Program-made: the position numbers and the translations under genes
Part shown: piece after piece, positions 1 through 9,522 of the stretch
Layout of the letters: every line of letters starts with the position of its first letter
Position numbering within the stretch: the stretch's first letter is position 1
Notes under the pieces: model-generated
Seen by the model: the letters and a program-made list of their open reading frames with translations, nothing else
Databases searched by the model: none
Told to the model about the DNA's origin: nothing
Assembly (NCBI GenBank): GCA_963836755.1
Contig: CAWIKF010000002.1
Span: 864,001 to 928,000, forward strand
Direction of reading: 5' to 3'
DNA: 64,000 bases
Source: an uncultured Verrucomicrobiae bacterium
GTDB lineage: Bacteria; Verrucomicrobiota; Verrucomicrobiia; Chthoniobacterales; Chthoniobacteraceae

Positions 1-510
1 ATTTCCGCAAGCGAGCGCGAGCGGGAACATCCACATCGGCACCATCGCGGGAAAATTAAACGGCGTGATGCCGACGCATACACCGAGCGGCTGGAGCAGC
101 GTTTCGCAATCCACGCCGCGCGCGAGGTCCGGCAGCGTGTCGCCCATGAGCAGCGCGGGCGCGCCGCACGCGTATTCGATATTTTCGATGCCGCGATAAA
201 CGCTACCGCGGGCCTCGGCCAGTGTCTTGCCATGCTCGCGCGTGACGCTCTGGCAGATGCGTTCAAAGTTTTCCTCGACGAGCTGGCGGTAGCGGAAAAA
301 AAGTCGCGCGCGCTCGACCGGCGGCGTATCGCGCCACGCCGGAAACGCGGTATGCGCGGCTTCGACGGCCTCATTAACGACATCCGCGCCGCACAGCGGA
401 ACTTCGGCGATGACTTCGCCGCGCGAGGGATTAAAAACGGACGTCGTTGCGAAGCCAGTGGATCGGCTCCATTCGCCGGCGATGAAATTTGGAACCAGGG
501 AGGAACTCAT
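1..510 (-). CDS. mmsA: CoA-acylating (methyl)malonate-semialdehyde dehydrogenase, N-terminal part (runs off window start)
   Basis: Not in the ORF track. Manual translation from ATG at 510: MSSSLVPNFIAGEW...VFNPSRGEVIAEVP...AFPAWRDTPPVERAR...EHGKTLAEARG...QPLGVCVGITPFNFPAMVPMWMFPLALACGN. The GITPFNFPAMVPMWM motif is typical of MMSDH. Confidence 0.9.
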   Translation of the reverse strand, partial: MSSSLVPNFIAGEWSRSTGFATTSVFNPSRGEVIAEVPLCGADVVNEAVEAAHTAFPAWRDTPPVERARLFFRYRQLVEENFERICQSVTREHGKTLAEARGSVYRGIENIEYACGAPALLMGDTLPDLARGVDCETLLQPLGVCVGITPFNFPAMVPMWMFPLALACGN

Positions 511-549
511 GGAAAAAGCATCCGCTGCATCACCGTCCGCGACAAGCGC

Positions 550-1167
550 TCAATGCGCGGGCAGTTTATCCCACTGCTCCTCCAGCATGAGCGCCGCGTA
601 GATTCCGACGAGCAGCAGCGCGATGAATAACTCGCCGCGCGCCGCCCGCCATTGGAACGGTTTTCGCACGCCGCCGCGCCACGGCAATAGACGTGGGATG
701 AGGCGCGGCACTTCCTCGCGGTAGCGCAGATATTCGCTGCCGAATTGCTGGAGTAAAAACTCCTCCTCCGCCGGAACGATCGAGACGTAGAGGATCGTAA
801 ATGCCAGCGCGGCGAGGAGAAAAGCAACCGGATCGCCGATCAAAAAGCACATCCCAAAACCAAGGCACATGCTGCCGCCGTAAATCGGATTCCGCACATG
901 CGCGAACGGCCCGCCGGTGATCAGTTCCGGTGCTTGAATCGCTGCGGCGCGCGTGTAATCGCCGGCGGCGCCGGAACCCCACGCGCGGATCGAAAGCCCG
1001 GCCAGAATCATCAGCAGCGCGACGCTTTGCCAGAGCCGATAACCCTGGGCGAGAAACGGTTCCGGTCGCAGCACCTCCAGCCCGATCGCGGTGACGCCGA
1101 GCCCGATCAGCAGACGAAATCCGAAAAACTTCCGGCCGATCGCGGCCAGCCACATTTTTTTGGTCAT
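550..1167 (-). CDS. Isoprenylcysteine carboxyl methyltransferase/PEMT-family membrane protein
   Basis: Hydrophobic segments plus LITGGPFAHVRNPIY and EEEFLLQQFGSEYLRYREEVPRLIP motifs. Confidence 0.85.
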   Translation of the reverse strand: MTKKMWLAAIGRKFFGFRLLIGLGVTAIGLEVLRPEPFLAQGYRLWQSVALLMILAGLSIRAWGSGAAGDYTRAAAIQAPELITGGPFAHVRNPIYGGSMCLGFGMCFLIGDPVAFLLAALAFTILYVSIVPAEEEFLLQQFGSEYLRYREEVPRLIPRLLPWRGGVRKPFQWRAARGELFIALLLVGIYAALMLEEQWDKLPAH

Positions 1168-1220
1168 CCTGAAGTTGGCGAAGAACCGCTAACTATTTTC
1201 GTCCTTGTCGCGCCGCAGCC

Positions 1221-2360
1221 TCATCCGCGCGCCAGCGCGTCGCTCTGCTTCACGAAATCATCGCCGCTCCACTCGTGGTCGGCGCTGACCATCTTCTTTT
1301 GCGCCTCGGCGGCGACCGCGGCTTTCTGCGCAGCTTTGCGCTCGGTTTGCATTCGGACGAGTTCGGCGTGTGTGGTGAAATAGTCGAGCGACTTGCCTTT
1401 GAAATCGGCGAGTGTTTCGAAGCTGTGCTTCGCCATGAAGGCGAGCAGCTCGTCGCACATCGGCTTCACGCATTCGTAGCCAAATTTCATCACGCCCGTG
1501 CAGACCTGCACGGTGTCGGAGCCGAGCAATATGAATTGCGCCGCGTCGCCGCCGCTCTCGATTCCGCCAAGCCCGGAGAGCGTGCGGCCGGGAAATTCTT
1601 TGCGGATTAATTGCGAAATCTCCATGCACATTCGCAGCGCGATCGGCCGCACCGCTTTGCTCGAATACCCGCCCGGCGTCGTCCAGCCTTCCACACTCGG
1701 CTCGGGCCTCAATGTCTCCAGGTTCACGCCGCAGACGCTGCGAATGGTATTGATCGCGCTCACGCCGTGGCATCCCGCACGGAGCGCCGCGCGAGTCGGC
1801 TCCTCGATGTGCGTCACATTCGGCGTCATCTTTGCCCAAACCGGCTTTTTCGCGGCCGACATCACCCATCCGCACACCTCTTCGAGCACGTCAGGGTCCT
1901 GGCCCATTGCCGCGCCCATCTTTCGCTCCGGCAGGCCGTGCGGGCATGAAAAGTTCAGCTCAAACGCATCGACGCCCGCGTCCTGGCAGCGCTCCACAAT
2001 CTCGACCCACGCGTCGCGATTGTATTCTTCCATAACGGATGCAATCAAGACGCCGTCAGGAAATTGATCTTTGCACTTCTTGAATTCCTCGAGCCAAATC
2101 GAAAACTTCCGATCGCTGATCAACTCGATATTTTCCCAGCCGATCACTTCCTTCTGGTCGGCAGACAGCAGCTTCGCGTAGCGCGGGGTCACGTTGACGA
2201 CTTTTGAGGAATCAAGCGACACCGTTTTTGCGATCACCGCGCCCCAGCCTTCCTTGAAAGCCCGGGTGATGACATTCAGATTCGTCCCCGGAGGCCCAGA
2301 GCCTATGATGAAAGGATTTGGTAGCTTGAGGCCGTCGACCGTGGTCTGGAGTGTGGGCAT
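1221..2360 (-). CDS. preA: Dihydropyrimidine dehydrogenase FMN subunit (PreA/PYD1-type)
   Basis: NPFIIGSGPP, GWENIELIS, ELNFSCPHG, WAKMTPN, AINT and VQVCTGVM motifs. Confidence 0.92.
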   Translation of the reverse strand: MPTLQTTVDGLKLPNPFIIGSGPPGTNLNVITRAFKEGWGAVIAKTVSLDSSKVVNVTPRYAKLLSADQKEVIGWENIELISDRKFSIWLEEFKKCKDQFPDGVLIASVMEEYNRDAWVEIVERCQDAGVDAFELNFSCPHGLPERKMGAAMGQDPDVLEEVCGWVMSAAKKPVWAKMTPNVTHIEEPTRAALRAGCHGVSAINTIRSVCGVNLETLRPEPSVEGWTTPGGYSSKAVRPIALRMCMEISQLIRKEFPGRTLSGLGGIESGGDAAQFILLGSDTVQVCTGVMKFGYECVKPMCDELLAFMAKHSFETLADFKGKSLDYFTTHAELVRMQTERKAAQKAAVAAEAQKKMVSADHEWSGDDFVKQSDALARG

Positions 2361-2521
2361 TCTGTGAGATTAGCGCGCACAGCCGCTGTAGGAAAGGGCG
2401 GATTTGTTTCTGGGAAAACGCGGGTTCTCGTTAGCGCGAGTGAAAGTGGGTTGGACGATTGAATAAAAGTCGTTGACACATCGATAATTTTATTCCAAAG
2501 TGTCAGCACCCCATAGAAACC

Positions 2522-2737
2522 GTGAAGACTATCCTCCTAATTTCATCTGCACTTACGATGATCGCGCTTGGTTCAACGAAGGCTGATTTGCTGAGTTCGA
2601 AGACCAAAAGCCATGATCTCCCGGCGAAACTTTCCGGCACCTCAATCGCCGGCATTCCAGAACCGTCTGGGCTCTCTATGGTAGTCGGTTCTTCGTTGAT
2701 GGGCTGCCTATTTCTCGTTAACCGCCGTCGCAGTTAA
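2522..2737 (+). CDS. Very small secreted PEP-CTERM sorting-domain protein
   Basis: N-terminal signal peptide; C-terminal IPEPS, hydrophobic helix and basic RRRS tail. Confidence 0.75.
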   Translation: MKTILLISSALTMIALGSTKADLLSSKTKSHDLPAKLSGTSIAGIPEPSGLSMVVGSSLMGCLFLVNRRRS

Positions 2738-2771
2738 AGAAGCGCCACCGGCAAGCCCGGCTGCGTCGCCC

Positions 2772-3794
2772 TTACCACTGTATCACTGAGCTAGCCCAAG
2801 TCAGGCCGCCGCCAAAGACGATAAGCAAAACATAGTCGCCGATTTTCATTCGGCCCGTGCGATTGGCTTCGTCGAGAGCAATGGCGACAGCGGCGGCGGA
2901 GGTGTTGCCGTATTTGTCGAGATTGATCAGGAAATGATCCAGCGAGAGATTCATCCTATCGGCAATGGCCTCGATGATTCGCATATTCGCCTGGTGCGGA
3001 ATGATGCAGGTCAGATCTTCGATCTTCAAACCCGCCTGCGCCAGCGCGGTGTGAGCAGCAGTTAACATTGCGTTAATGGCCTGCTTGTAAACCTCCTTGC
3101 CACTCATTTTGATCGTGTTGAGGCGCAGGTCGGCATTTTCCTTATTGATCGGGAAACGGCACCCGCCGCCGGGCATCGAAAGAATATCGGTATACTCGCC
3201 ATCACTGCCCATGTAGGTGGAAATGACGCCATGCGCTCCGGCGCGATTCCGCAGGATTGCCGCACCGGCGCCATCGCCGAAAAGCACGCACGTATTTCGA
3301 TCCGTCCAATCCACGATCGAGCTGAGCTTCTCCGCGCCGATGACCAGCACAGTGTTATACGTGTGGCTGGTGATGAATTGCTGCGCGATTTCCAGCGCAT
3401 ATAAAAAGCCGGAACAGGCCGCGGAGAGGTCGAAGCAGGCGGCTCTTTTCGCGCCGAGCGACTTTTGCACGAAACACGCGGTTGCAGGAAAAAACATGTC
3501 CGGCGTCGCCGTCGCGACCAAAATCAAATCGATCTCCTCCGGCAAAATGCCCGCTTGCTCGATCGCCTTCCGCGCGGCTTTCGTCGCCATATCGCTCGTG
3601 AATTCATCGTCGGCCGCGATCCGCCGCTCCCGGATGCCGGTGCGGCTCACGATCCATTCGTCGGACGTGTCCACGATCTTCGCGAGATCCGCGTTGGTGA
3701 CGATCCGCTCAGGCACGTAGCTTCCCGTGCCGATGATCGACACCGTCCGCTTAGGCTTGTGCAGACGCGGCGTGCGCGGTTGCGAGCGAGTCAT
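2772..3794 (-). CDS. fabH: 3-oxoacyl-ACP synthase III
   Basis: GTGSYVPE, AACSGF (catalytic Cys), LFGDGAGA, PHQAN, YGNTSAA. ATG at 3794 chosen; overlaps the plsX 3' end by 44 bp. Confidence 0.95.
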   Translation of the reverse strand: MTRSQPRTPRLHKPKRTVSIIGTGSYVPERIVTNADLAKIVDTSDEWIVSRTGIRERRIAADDEFTSDMATKAARKAIEQAGILPEEIDLILVATATPDMFFPATACFVQKSLGAKRAACFDLSAACSGFLYALEIAQQFITSHTYNTVLVIGAEKLSSIVDWTDRNTCVLFGDGAGAAILRNRAGAHGVISTYMGSDGEYTDILSMPGGGCRFPINKENADLRLNTIKMSGKEVYKQAINAMLTAAHTALAQAGLKIEDLTCIIPHQANMRIIEAIADRMNLSLDHFLINLDKYGNTSAAAVAIALDEANRTGRMKIGDYVLLIVFGGGLTWASSVIQW

Positions 3795-4788
3795 TGTATC
3801 GTTTGATTTCCTCGACGATGTGCGGATTGACCTGTTGTTGAATGGATTCGGCCGCGACACGAATTGCATTTTTGATCGCGAGCGGCGTGCTTGATCCGTG
3901 GGCGATGATGCAAATGCCGTTGACGCCGAGCAAAGGGCTGCCGCCGTATTCCTCGTAATTCGTTTTTTTGTAGATCGCCTTGAATGCGCCTTTCGCCAGC
4001 AGCGCGCCGCCCATCCGCACCGGACTTTTTTTCAACTCGTGCTTGAGCCATTGGAAAATGGCATGCGCAATTGATTCGCAGGTCTTTAACACAACGTTGC
4101 CGACAAATCCATCGCATAAAACCACTTCGGCGGGATTTTCAAAAAGGTCGTGTCCCTCGACATTGCCGCGAAAGTTCAGCGAGCTCGCCTTGAGTAATTT
4201 GAAAACATCCTTCGTAAAATCGCTGCCTTTCACATCCTCGTCGCCGATCGACATCAGTCCGATCGCGGGATTTTGATAACCGAGCACATGGCGCGAATAC
4301 ACCGAGCCCATGATCGCGTATTGCAGCAAATGGACGGGCCGCGCATCAATGTTCGCACCCGCATCAATGAGCACGAAAACATTGCTCTCAGTCGGAATGA
4401 GCGACGCGATTCCTGGCCTTTCGACGCCCGGCAATGTCCTCAGCTTGATCGTCGTCGCAGCGACTGCGGCGCCCGTGTGACCGGCGCTGACGACTGCTTC
4501 CGCCTGTCCGTTTTTGACAAGATCGACCGCACGGCTCACGGAGGAATCTTTTTTCTTCCGCACCGATTCGACCGCGCCATCGGTCATCTCGACGACCTGA
4601 GACGCGTGAACGATCTCGACCCTCGGATCAATGCATTTGTTCGCCGCAAGCTCGGCCTCGAGGCGCGCTTTGTCGCCGACGAGAAACAGCTTCGTGATCT
4701 GCGGGTATTCCTGCAGGGCCATCACCGCGCCGGCGACGATGTTCTTCGGAGCAAAATCGCCACCCATGGCGTCGAGTGCGATCTTCAT
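3751..4788 (-). CDS. plsX: Phosphate acyltransferase PlsX
   Basis: MKIALDAMGGDFAP, SAGHTGA, DAGAN, CDGFVGN, YGGSPLLGVNG; rpmF-plsX-fabH synteny. Confidence 0.97.
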   Translation of the reverse strand: MKIALDAMGGDFAPKNIVAGAVMALQEYPQITKLFLVGDKARLEAELAANKCIDPRVEIVHASQVVEMTDGAVESVRKKKDSSVSRAVDLVKNGQAEAVVSAGHTGAAVAATTIKLRTLPGVERPGIASLIPTESNVFVLIDAGANIDARPVHLLQYAIMGSVYSRHVLGYQNPAIGLMSIGDEDVKGSDFTKDVFKLLKASSLNFRGNVEGHDLFENPAEVVLCDGFVGNVVLKTCESIAHAIFQWLKHELKKSPVRMGGALLAKGAFKAIYKKTNYEEYGGSPLLGVNGICIIAHGSSTPLAIKNAIRVAAESIQQQVNPHIVEEIKRYNDSLATAHAASAQA

Positions 4789-4882
4789 GGCGTTATTCGC
4801 GGACTTCGGGGGGATGCGTGCAAGCGAAAAATCAAAGCCGTCTCACTCGAAAGCGAGACGGCTTCGCAAAGTTTTAAAAAGA

Positions 4883-5065
4883 CTACGCGGCCTCGATCGT
4901 CAGCACCTGCCGGCCTTTGTAATAGCCGCATGAAGGGCAGGCGATGTGTGCGCGGACGCGACTGCCGCACTGCCCGCATTTCACGAGCTGCGGCGCGTGC
5001 CACCGGTTTGCGGCCTTGCGCGTGCGCAGGCGCATCTTTGAAGTTTTACGTTTTGGAACTCCCAT
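4883..5065 (-). CDS. rpmF: 50S ribosomal protein L32
   Basis: MGVPKRKTSK...CGQCG...HIACPSCGYYKGRQV (zinc-ribbon form). Confidence 0.96.
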   Translation of the reverse strand: MGVPKRKTSKMRLRTRKAANRWHAPQLVKCGQCGSRVRAHIACPSCGYYKGRQVLTIEAA

Positions 5066-5066
5066 A

Positions 5067-5525
5067 TTATTTGCGTTGTTTCAGTTTCAATTTATCCAGC
5101 TCATCCCACGCCGGCGATTCGCTCGTCTCACTCGAGACATCAGTGGTGAGCCGCGCCGCCGCCGGGCAGACGCGCTCTCCGCGCCAGTCGCAGTGCGGAT
5201 AGTGCGGAAGGGCGAGCAGGATATCTTCTCGCATGGCGGGCGTCAAGTCCACCGTTTCACTTCCGCCCAATTCCATTTGCAGTGCAAAAGCCTCGACGCG
5301 CAATGCATACCGAAATTTCTCGAGACAGCTCACGCACGTCAATTCCAGCTCGATCGCCAGCGAGCCGGTCGCGAACAGGCCGCCTTCGGAAAGGCCAACC
5401 TCCAGCGAGTAGCGCACCGGGCCGAGCGCGCTCACATCGATCTCCTGCAGATCGAGAAAAGCCGCATCTTCTTCACCCTCGAGATGCAGCCCGTGCGGTG
5501 GAATTTGTTTGAGATGGATTTTCAT
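5067..5525 (-). CDS. yceD: YceD/DUF177 family protein
   Basis: CVSCLE and DLTPAMREDILLALP...C motifs; lies directly upstream of rpmF. Confidence 0.88.
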   Translation of the reverse strand: MKIHLKQIPPHGLHLEGEEDAAFLDLQEIDVSALGPVRYSLEVGLSEGGLFATGSLAIELELTCVSCLEKFRYALRVEAFALQMELGGSETVDLTPAMREDILLALPHYPHCDWRGERVCPAAARLTTDVSSETSESPAWDELDKLKLKQRK

Positions 5526-5542
5526 AAAATCGCTCCGGGAAC

Positions 5543-6034
5543 CTATGTCTTCGCGTCGCCCGCATGAAATTTTCGCTGCAGCGCCGCGGCGATGGAACGT
5601 GGCACAAATGCATCGACCTCGCCACCCAGCCGCGCAATTTCCTTCACAATCCGAGAGCTCAGATACGTGTATTCCTCGCGCGGCATCAAAAAAATCGTCT
5701 CCACCGCGCCTTCCAGTTTCCGGTTCATCAGCGCCATCTGGAACTCAAACTCGAAATCGGAAATCGCGCGCAATCCGCGGATTACCGCGCAAGCTTCGCG
5801 ATCGCGCGCAAACCGCACGAGCAGACCCTCCAGCCGCGCAACCGTCACATTTTCAAAATGCGCGGCCTCGCCGATCAGCGCGATTCTCTCGTCGATAGAA
5901 AACAGCGCCTCTTTCGCTTCATTGACCGCGACCGCCACGATCACTTCATCAAAAAGCCGCGTCGCACGCTCAATCACATCGAGGTGGCCGTTCGTGATCG
6001 GATCGAAACTGCCGGGATAAATCGCGCGCCGCAC
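5543..6034 (-). CDS. coaD: Pantetheine-phosphate adenylyltransferase
   Basis: AIYPGSFDPITNGHLDVI, RGLRAISDFEFE, LSSRIVKE. GTG at 6034 chosen; the ORF extends to 6064. Confidence 0.95.
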   Translation of the reverse strand: MRRAIYPGSFDPITNGHLDVIERATRLFDEVIVAVAVNEAKEALFSIDERIALIGEAAHFENVTVARLEGLLVRFARDREACAVIRGLRAISDFEFEFQMALMNRKLEGAVETIFLMPREEYTYLSSRIVKEIARLGGEVDAFVPRSIAAALQRKFHAGDAKT

Positions 6035-6148
6035 GCCGCGCACCCTGCACAAAAAACCGCGCATCGTAAAGTATCATGGCGTCACTTGTTTTCGCGCCGC
6101 CAGCGAATGCTTTGCGCCGCGCCGCCGCGTCCATTATAACCGTCCGTG

Positions 6149-7102
6149 ATGAAACTTGCCGACCTCCAGCAAATTTACGAGCTGCCCTTTTTTGAACTCA
6201 TCGAGCGCAGCCGACGCGTTTTTCTCGAGCACTGGAAACACGATGAGCTGCAGCTTTGCACGCTGCTTTCCATCAAGACTGGCGGATGCAGCGAAGATTG
6301 CGGCTACTGCGCACAGAGCGCCCGGCACAACGGTGGCGTCAAAGCCGAAAAGCTGCTGGAGACCGGCGAAATCCTCGCCGCCGCCCAGCGCGCCCGGGAC
6401 AACGGCTCCACGCGCTTTTGCATGGGCGCCGCCTGGCGCGGCGTGCGCGACGGCGACGCGAAATTCGAGCAGGTGCTCGGCACCATCCGCGAAGTGAGCA
6501 AACTCGGCATGGAAGTCTGCGTGACGCTCGGCCAGCTCGGCGACGCGGAAGCGCGCAAGCTCAAGGCCGCCGGCGTGACCGCTTACAATCACAACATCGA
6601 TACGTCGCCGGAATTTTACCCCGAAATCGTCACCACGCACACTTTTAACGATCGGTTAAACACCATCGGCGCCGTCCAGCGCGCTGGCATGAGCGTCTGC
6701 TGCGGCGGGATCATCGGCATGGGCGAAAGCGAAATCGACCGCTTGAAAATGCTCGAGATCCTCACGAACTTTGACCCCGCGCCAGAAAGCGTGCCGATCA
6801 ATTGTCTGATGGCGATGCCCGGCACACCGCTCGCGGATCAGCCTCCCGTCGATGTCTTCGCGCTGGTGCGCCTCATCGCGACCACGCGCATCGCCCTTCC
6901 AAATGCGAAAGTCCGACTCTCCGCAGGCCGCACGCGATTGACGCGCGAAGGCCAGGCACTTTGTTTTTTCGCGGGTGCCAATTCTATTTTTTACGGCGAC
7001 AAATTACTCACCGCGAAAAATCCCGGCGTCGATCACGATCGGGAGTTGATGGAAGAGCTCGACCTTGTTCCGCAACCGGTCCGCACTTTTGCACAAGTTT
7101 GA
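6149..7102 (+). CDS. bioB: Biotin synthase
   Basis: IKTGGCSEDCGYCAQS radical-SAM motif, RFCMGAAW, YNHNIDT, VPIN, RLSAGR, GANSIFYGDKLLT. Confidence 0.96.
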   Translation: MKLADLQQIYELPFFELIERSRRVFLEHWKHDELQLCTLLSIKTGGCSEDCGYCAQSARHNGGVKAEKLLETGEILAAAQRARDNGSTRFCMGAAWRGVRDGDAKFEQVLGTIREVSKLGMEVCVTLGQLGDAEARKLKAAGVTAYNHNIDTSPEFYPEIVTTHTFNDRLNTIGAVQRAGMSVCCGGIIGMGESEIDRLKMLEILTNFDPAPESVPINCLMAMPGTPLADQPPVDVFALVRLIATTRIALPNAKVRLSAGRTRLTREGQALCFFAGANSIFYGDKLLTAKNPGVDHDRELMEELDLVPQPVRTFAQV

Positions 7103-7107
7103 CGCCA

Positions 7108-8340
7108 TCAACTAATCGCGACGGCTTGTTGAAAAAGCGGAAACGCGCTTTCCAAACTCGCTTGGCTGCGTGCGTGGATTCGGAAAAGCGGCTCGCCGCG
7201 CTGCACGCGCGCACCAACTTTTAAAATTTCGTCGCAGCCAACCGCGGCATCAATTTTGTCGCTCGCTTGCGCACGACCTGCGCCGAGTTGCACGCACGCG
7301 CGGCCGATGGATTCCGCATCCATCCTCGAAATTATCCCGCTTTTCTCCGCAGCAAATTCGTGCACGACAGGCGCGGAATGGACATCCGCGATATTCTCGA
7401 GCTTGGAAGAATCACCGCCCTGCGCCTCGACCAGAGCCACAAATTTTTTCCACGCGGTCCCATCCTCCAGAAACTTTGCCAGCTCCGAGCGCGGGCTGTC
7501 GCTGACTTTTTCACAAAGATCGAGCGTGAGCTCCACGAGATCGCGCGGACCGCGTCCGTGAAAGGTTTCGACCGCTTCGCGGACTTCCAGCGCATTGCCG
7601 ACCGCACGCCCGAGCGGCTCGTTCATCGGAGAAAAAACATGCGAAACTTTGACGCCAAGTTTCACTCCGATTGTCGTGAGACCGTGCGCGAGGGCTTCTG
7701 CTTCCGGCAGAGTTTTCATGAAAGCGCCGGAGCCAAATTTCACATCGAGCACGAGCCGGTCGAGACTTTCTGCAAGTTTCTTGCACATGATACTCGCTAT
7801 AATTAACGGCGGCGAAGGCACTGTGCCGGTCACGTCGCGAAGCGCGTAAAGCTTTTTGTCGGCGGGACAGATTCCAGCGGTTTGGCCGATCATGAAAGCG
7901 CCGATTTTTTCTAACTGCGCGAGCGCATTTTCCTCGGTGAGATGGATGTTGAATCCGGGAATGCTTTCAAGTTTGTCGAGCGTTCCACCAGTGATTCCGA
8001 GGCCGCGGCCGGAAATCATCGGCACCCAGGCACCGGTGCACGCGAGGAGCGGTGCAAGCACGAGCGAAACTTTGTCGCCAACGCCGCCGGTGCTGTGTTT
8101 ATCGACCTTTGCGGGCGATCCGGCAGGATGGCGCAAAACGCTGCCGCTCTCCATCATCGCGCGCGTGAGGTGCGCAGTTTCGGCGTCCGTCATGCCGCGA
8201 AAGTAGATGGCCATCGCGAGCGCGCTCATCTGATGATCCGGCATCGCGCCGAGCGTGAAAGCGCTGATCAAAAACCCGATTTCCTCCGCCGAGAGCTCGC
8301 GCCCGTCGCGCTTCGCTTCGATGAGCGTCGGGATGTGCAC
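7108..8340 (-). CDS. pdp: Thymidine/pyrimidine-nucleoside phosphorylase
   Basis: DKHSTGGVGDK, SGRGLGITGGTLDKLESIPG, LYALRDVTGTV, LDVKFGSGAFM. Confidence 0.93.
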   Translation of the reverse strand: MHIPTLIEAKRDGRELSAEEIGFLISAFTLGAMPDHQMSALAMAIYFRGMTDAETAHLTRAMMESGSVLRHPAGSPAKVDKHSTGGVGDKVSLVLAPLLACTGAWVPMISGRGLGITGGTLDKLESIPGFNIHLTEENALAQLEKIGAFMIGQTAGICPADKKLYALRDVTGTVPSPPLIIASIMCKKLAESLDRLVLDVKFGSGAFMKTLPEAEALAHGLTTIGVKLGVKVSHVFSPMNEPLGRAVGNALEVREAVETFHGRGPRDLVELTLDLCEKVSDSPRSELAKFLEDGTAWKKFVALVEAQGGDSSKLENIADVHSAPVVHEFAAEKSGIISRMDAESIGRACVQLGAGRAQASDKIDAAVGCDEILKVGARVQRGEPLFRIHARSQASLESAFPLFQQAVAIS

Positions 8341-9522
8341 TTAATGACGCGGATTGAAATGCCGCGGCGCTTTGCGGTTGAAATCGAACAGCGATTTTCC
8401 CGTCGGCCAGCGTTCCTTCAAATGAAAAAAGCGGGCGAGCGTCGCGGCGACGTCGGCAAAACCTTCGCGCAATCCCAACGGCCCGACGCGGCCGTCGCTT
8501 TTCGCGATGAGCGGCACTTCCTCGCGCGTGTGATCGGTGCCGCGAAAAGTCGGATCATTGCCATGGTCGGCGGTGATGATAACCAAATCTTCCGGCTCGA
8601 TTTGTGGTAAAAAATTCCCGAGCCATGCGTCGAATTCGACGAGCGCTTTTGCGTAGCCTTCAACGTCCCGTCGATGGCCGTAAAGTGCGTCAAAGTCAAC
8701 AAGGTTCGCGAAGATCAAGCCTTGATGCGTGCTGTGCCAGAGCCGCTCGATCGTTTTCATTCCTTCGGCGTTGGACTTTGTCGGGTGCGAATGCGTGACG
8801 CCGCTGTGCGCGAAAATATCACCGATTTTGCCAACGCCCTCAACCGCGATGCCGACCTCGGAAATCGCGTTGAGCACTGTGCGCGGCGGGACCATCGCGT
8901 AATCGTGCCGCCCATCGACGCGCTTAAATTTTCCTTTTTCGCCGGCAAAGGGTCGTGCGATGACGCGGCCGATGCGGTGCGGGATGCTGAGCCGGCGCGC
9001 GACGCGGCAGATTTCGTAGAGCCGTTTGCGCGGGATCACATCTTCATGCGCGGCGATTTGCAGGACGGAATCTGCGGACGTGTAAAGGATCGGCTGCCCT
9101 GTTTTACAATGCGTAACGCCCAGTTCATCGAGGATGAGCGTGCCGCTCTGCGCGTAGTTGCCGATGAATTCCACTTTCGCTTCCTGCTCGATCGCTTCCA
9201 CGAGCTGCTTTGGGAATTTTTCAAAAACGGCGAACGGATCGTCGAGAATCGCGCCGGCGATTTCCCAGTGGCCGGTCGTCGTGTCCTTGCCCGCCGAGTG
9301 TTCGCGCATGCGCCCGTAGCTCGCGTCGAATTTTTTTCCGTCGCCGTCAAAGTTCCCGCCGAGGATTTCGCCGAGACCGAGCGAAAAAAGTGTCGGCAGC
9401 GCGAGCGCCGGCAGACGCGCGAAGATGTGACCGAGCGTGTCAGCGCCGCGATCGCCATATTTCGCAGCATCGGGCGCATTCCCGACGCCGACGGAATCGA
9501 GAACGAGCAGCAGCGCGCGCAT
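8341..9522 (-). CDS. deoB: Phosphopentomutase
   Basis: LVLDSVGVG, GKDTTTGHWE, YTSADSVLQIAAHE, NLVDFDALYGHRRD, TADHGNDPT, TDHTRE. Confidence 0.96.
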   Translation of the reverse strand: MRALLLVLDSVGVGNAPDAAKYGDRGADTLGHIFARLPALALPTLFSLGLGEILGGNFDGDGKKFDASYGRMREHSAGKDTTTGHWEIAGAILDDPFAVFEKFPKQLVEAIEQEAKVEFIGNYAQSGTLILDELGVTHCKTGQPILYTSADSVLQIAAHEDVIPRKRLYEICRVARRLSIPHRIGRVIARPFAGEKGKFKRVDGRHDYAMVPPRTVLNAISEVGIAVEGVGKIGDIFAHSGVTHSHPTKSNAEGMKTIERLWHSTHQGLIFANLVDFDALYGHRRDVEGYAKALVEFDAWLGNFLPQIEPEDLVIITADHGNDPTFRGTDHTREEVPLIAKSDGRVGPLGLREGFADVAATLARFFHLKERWPTGKSLFDFNRKAPRHFNPRH

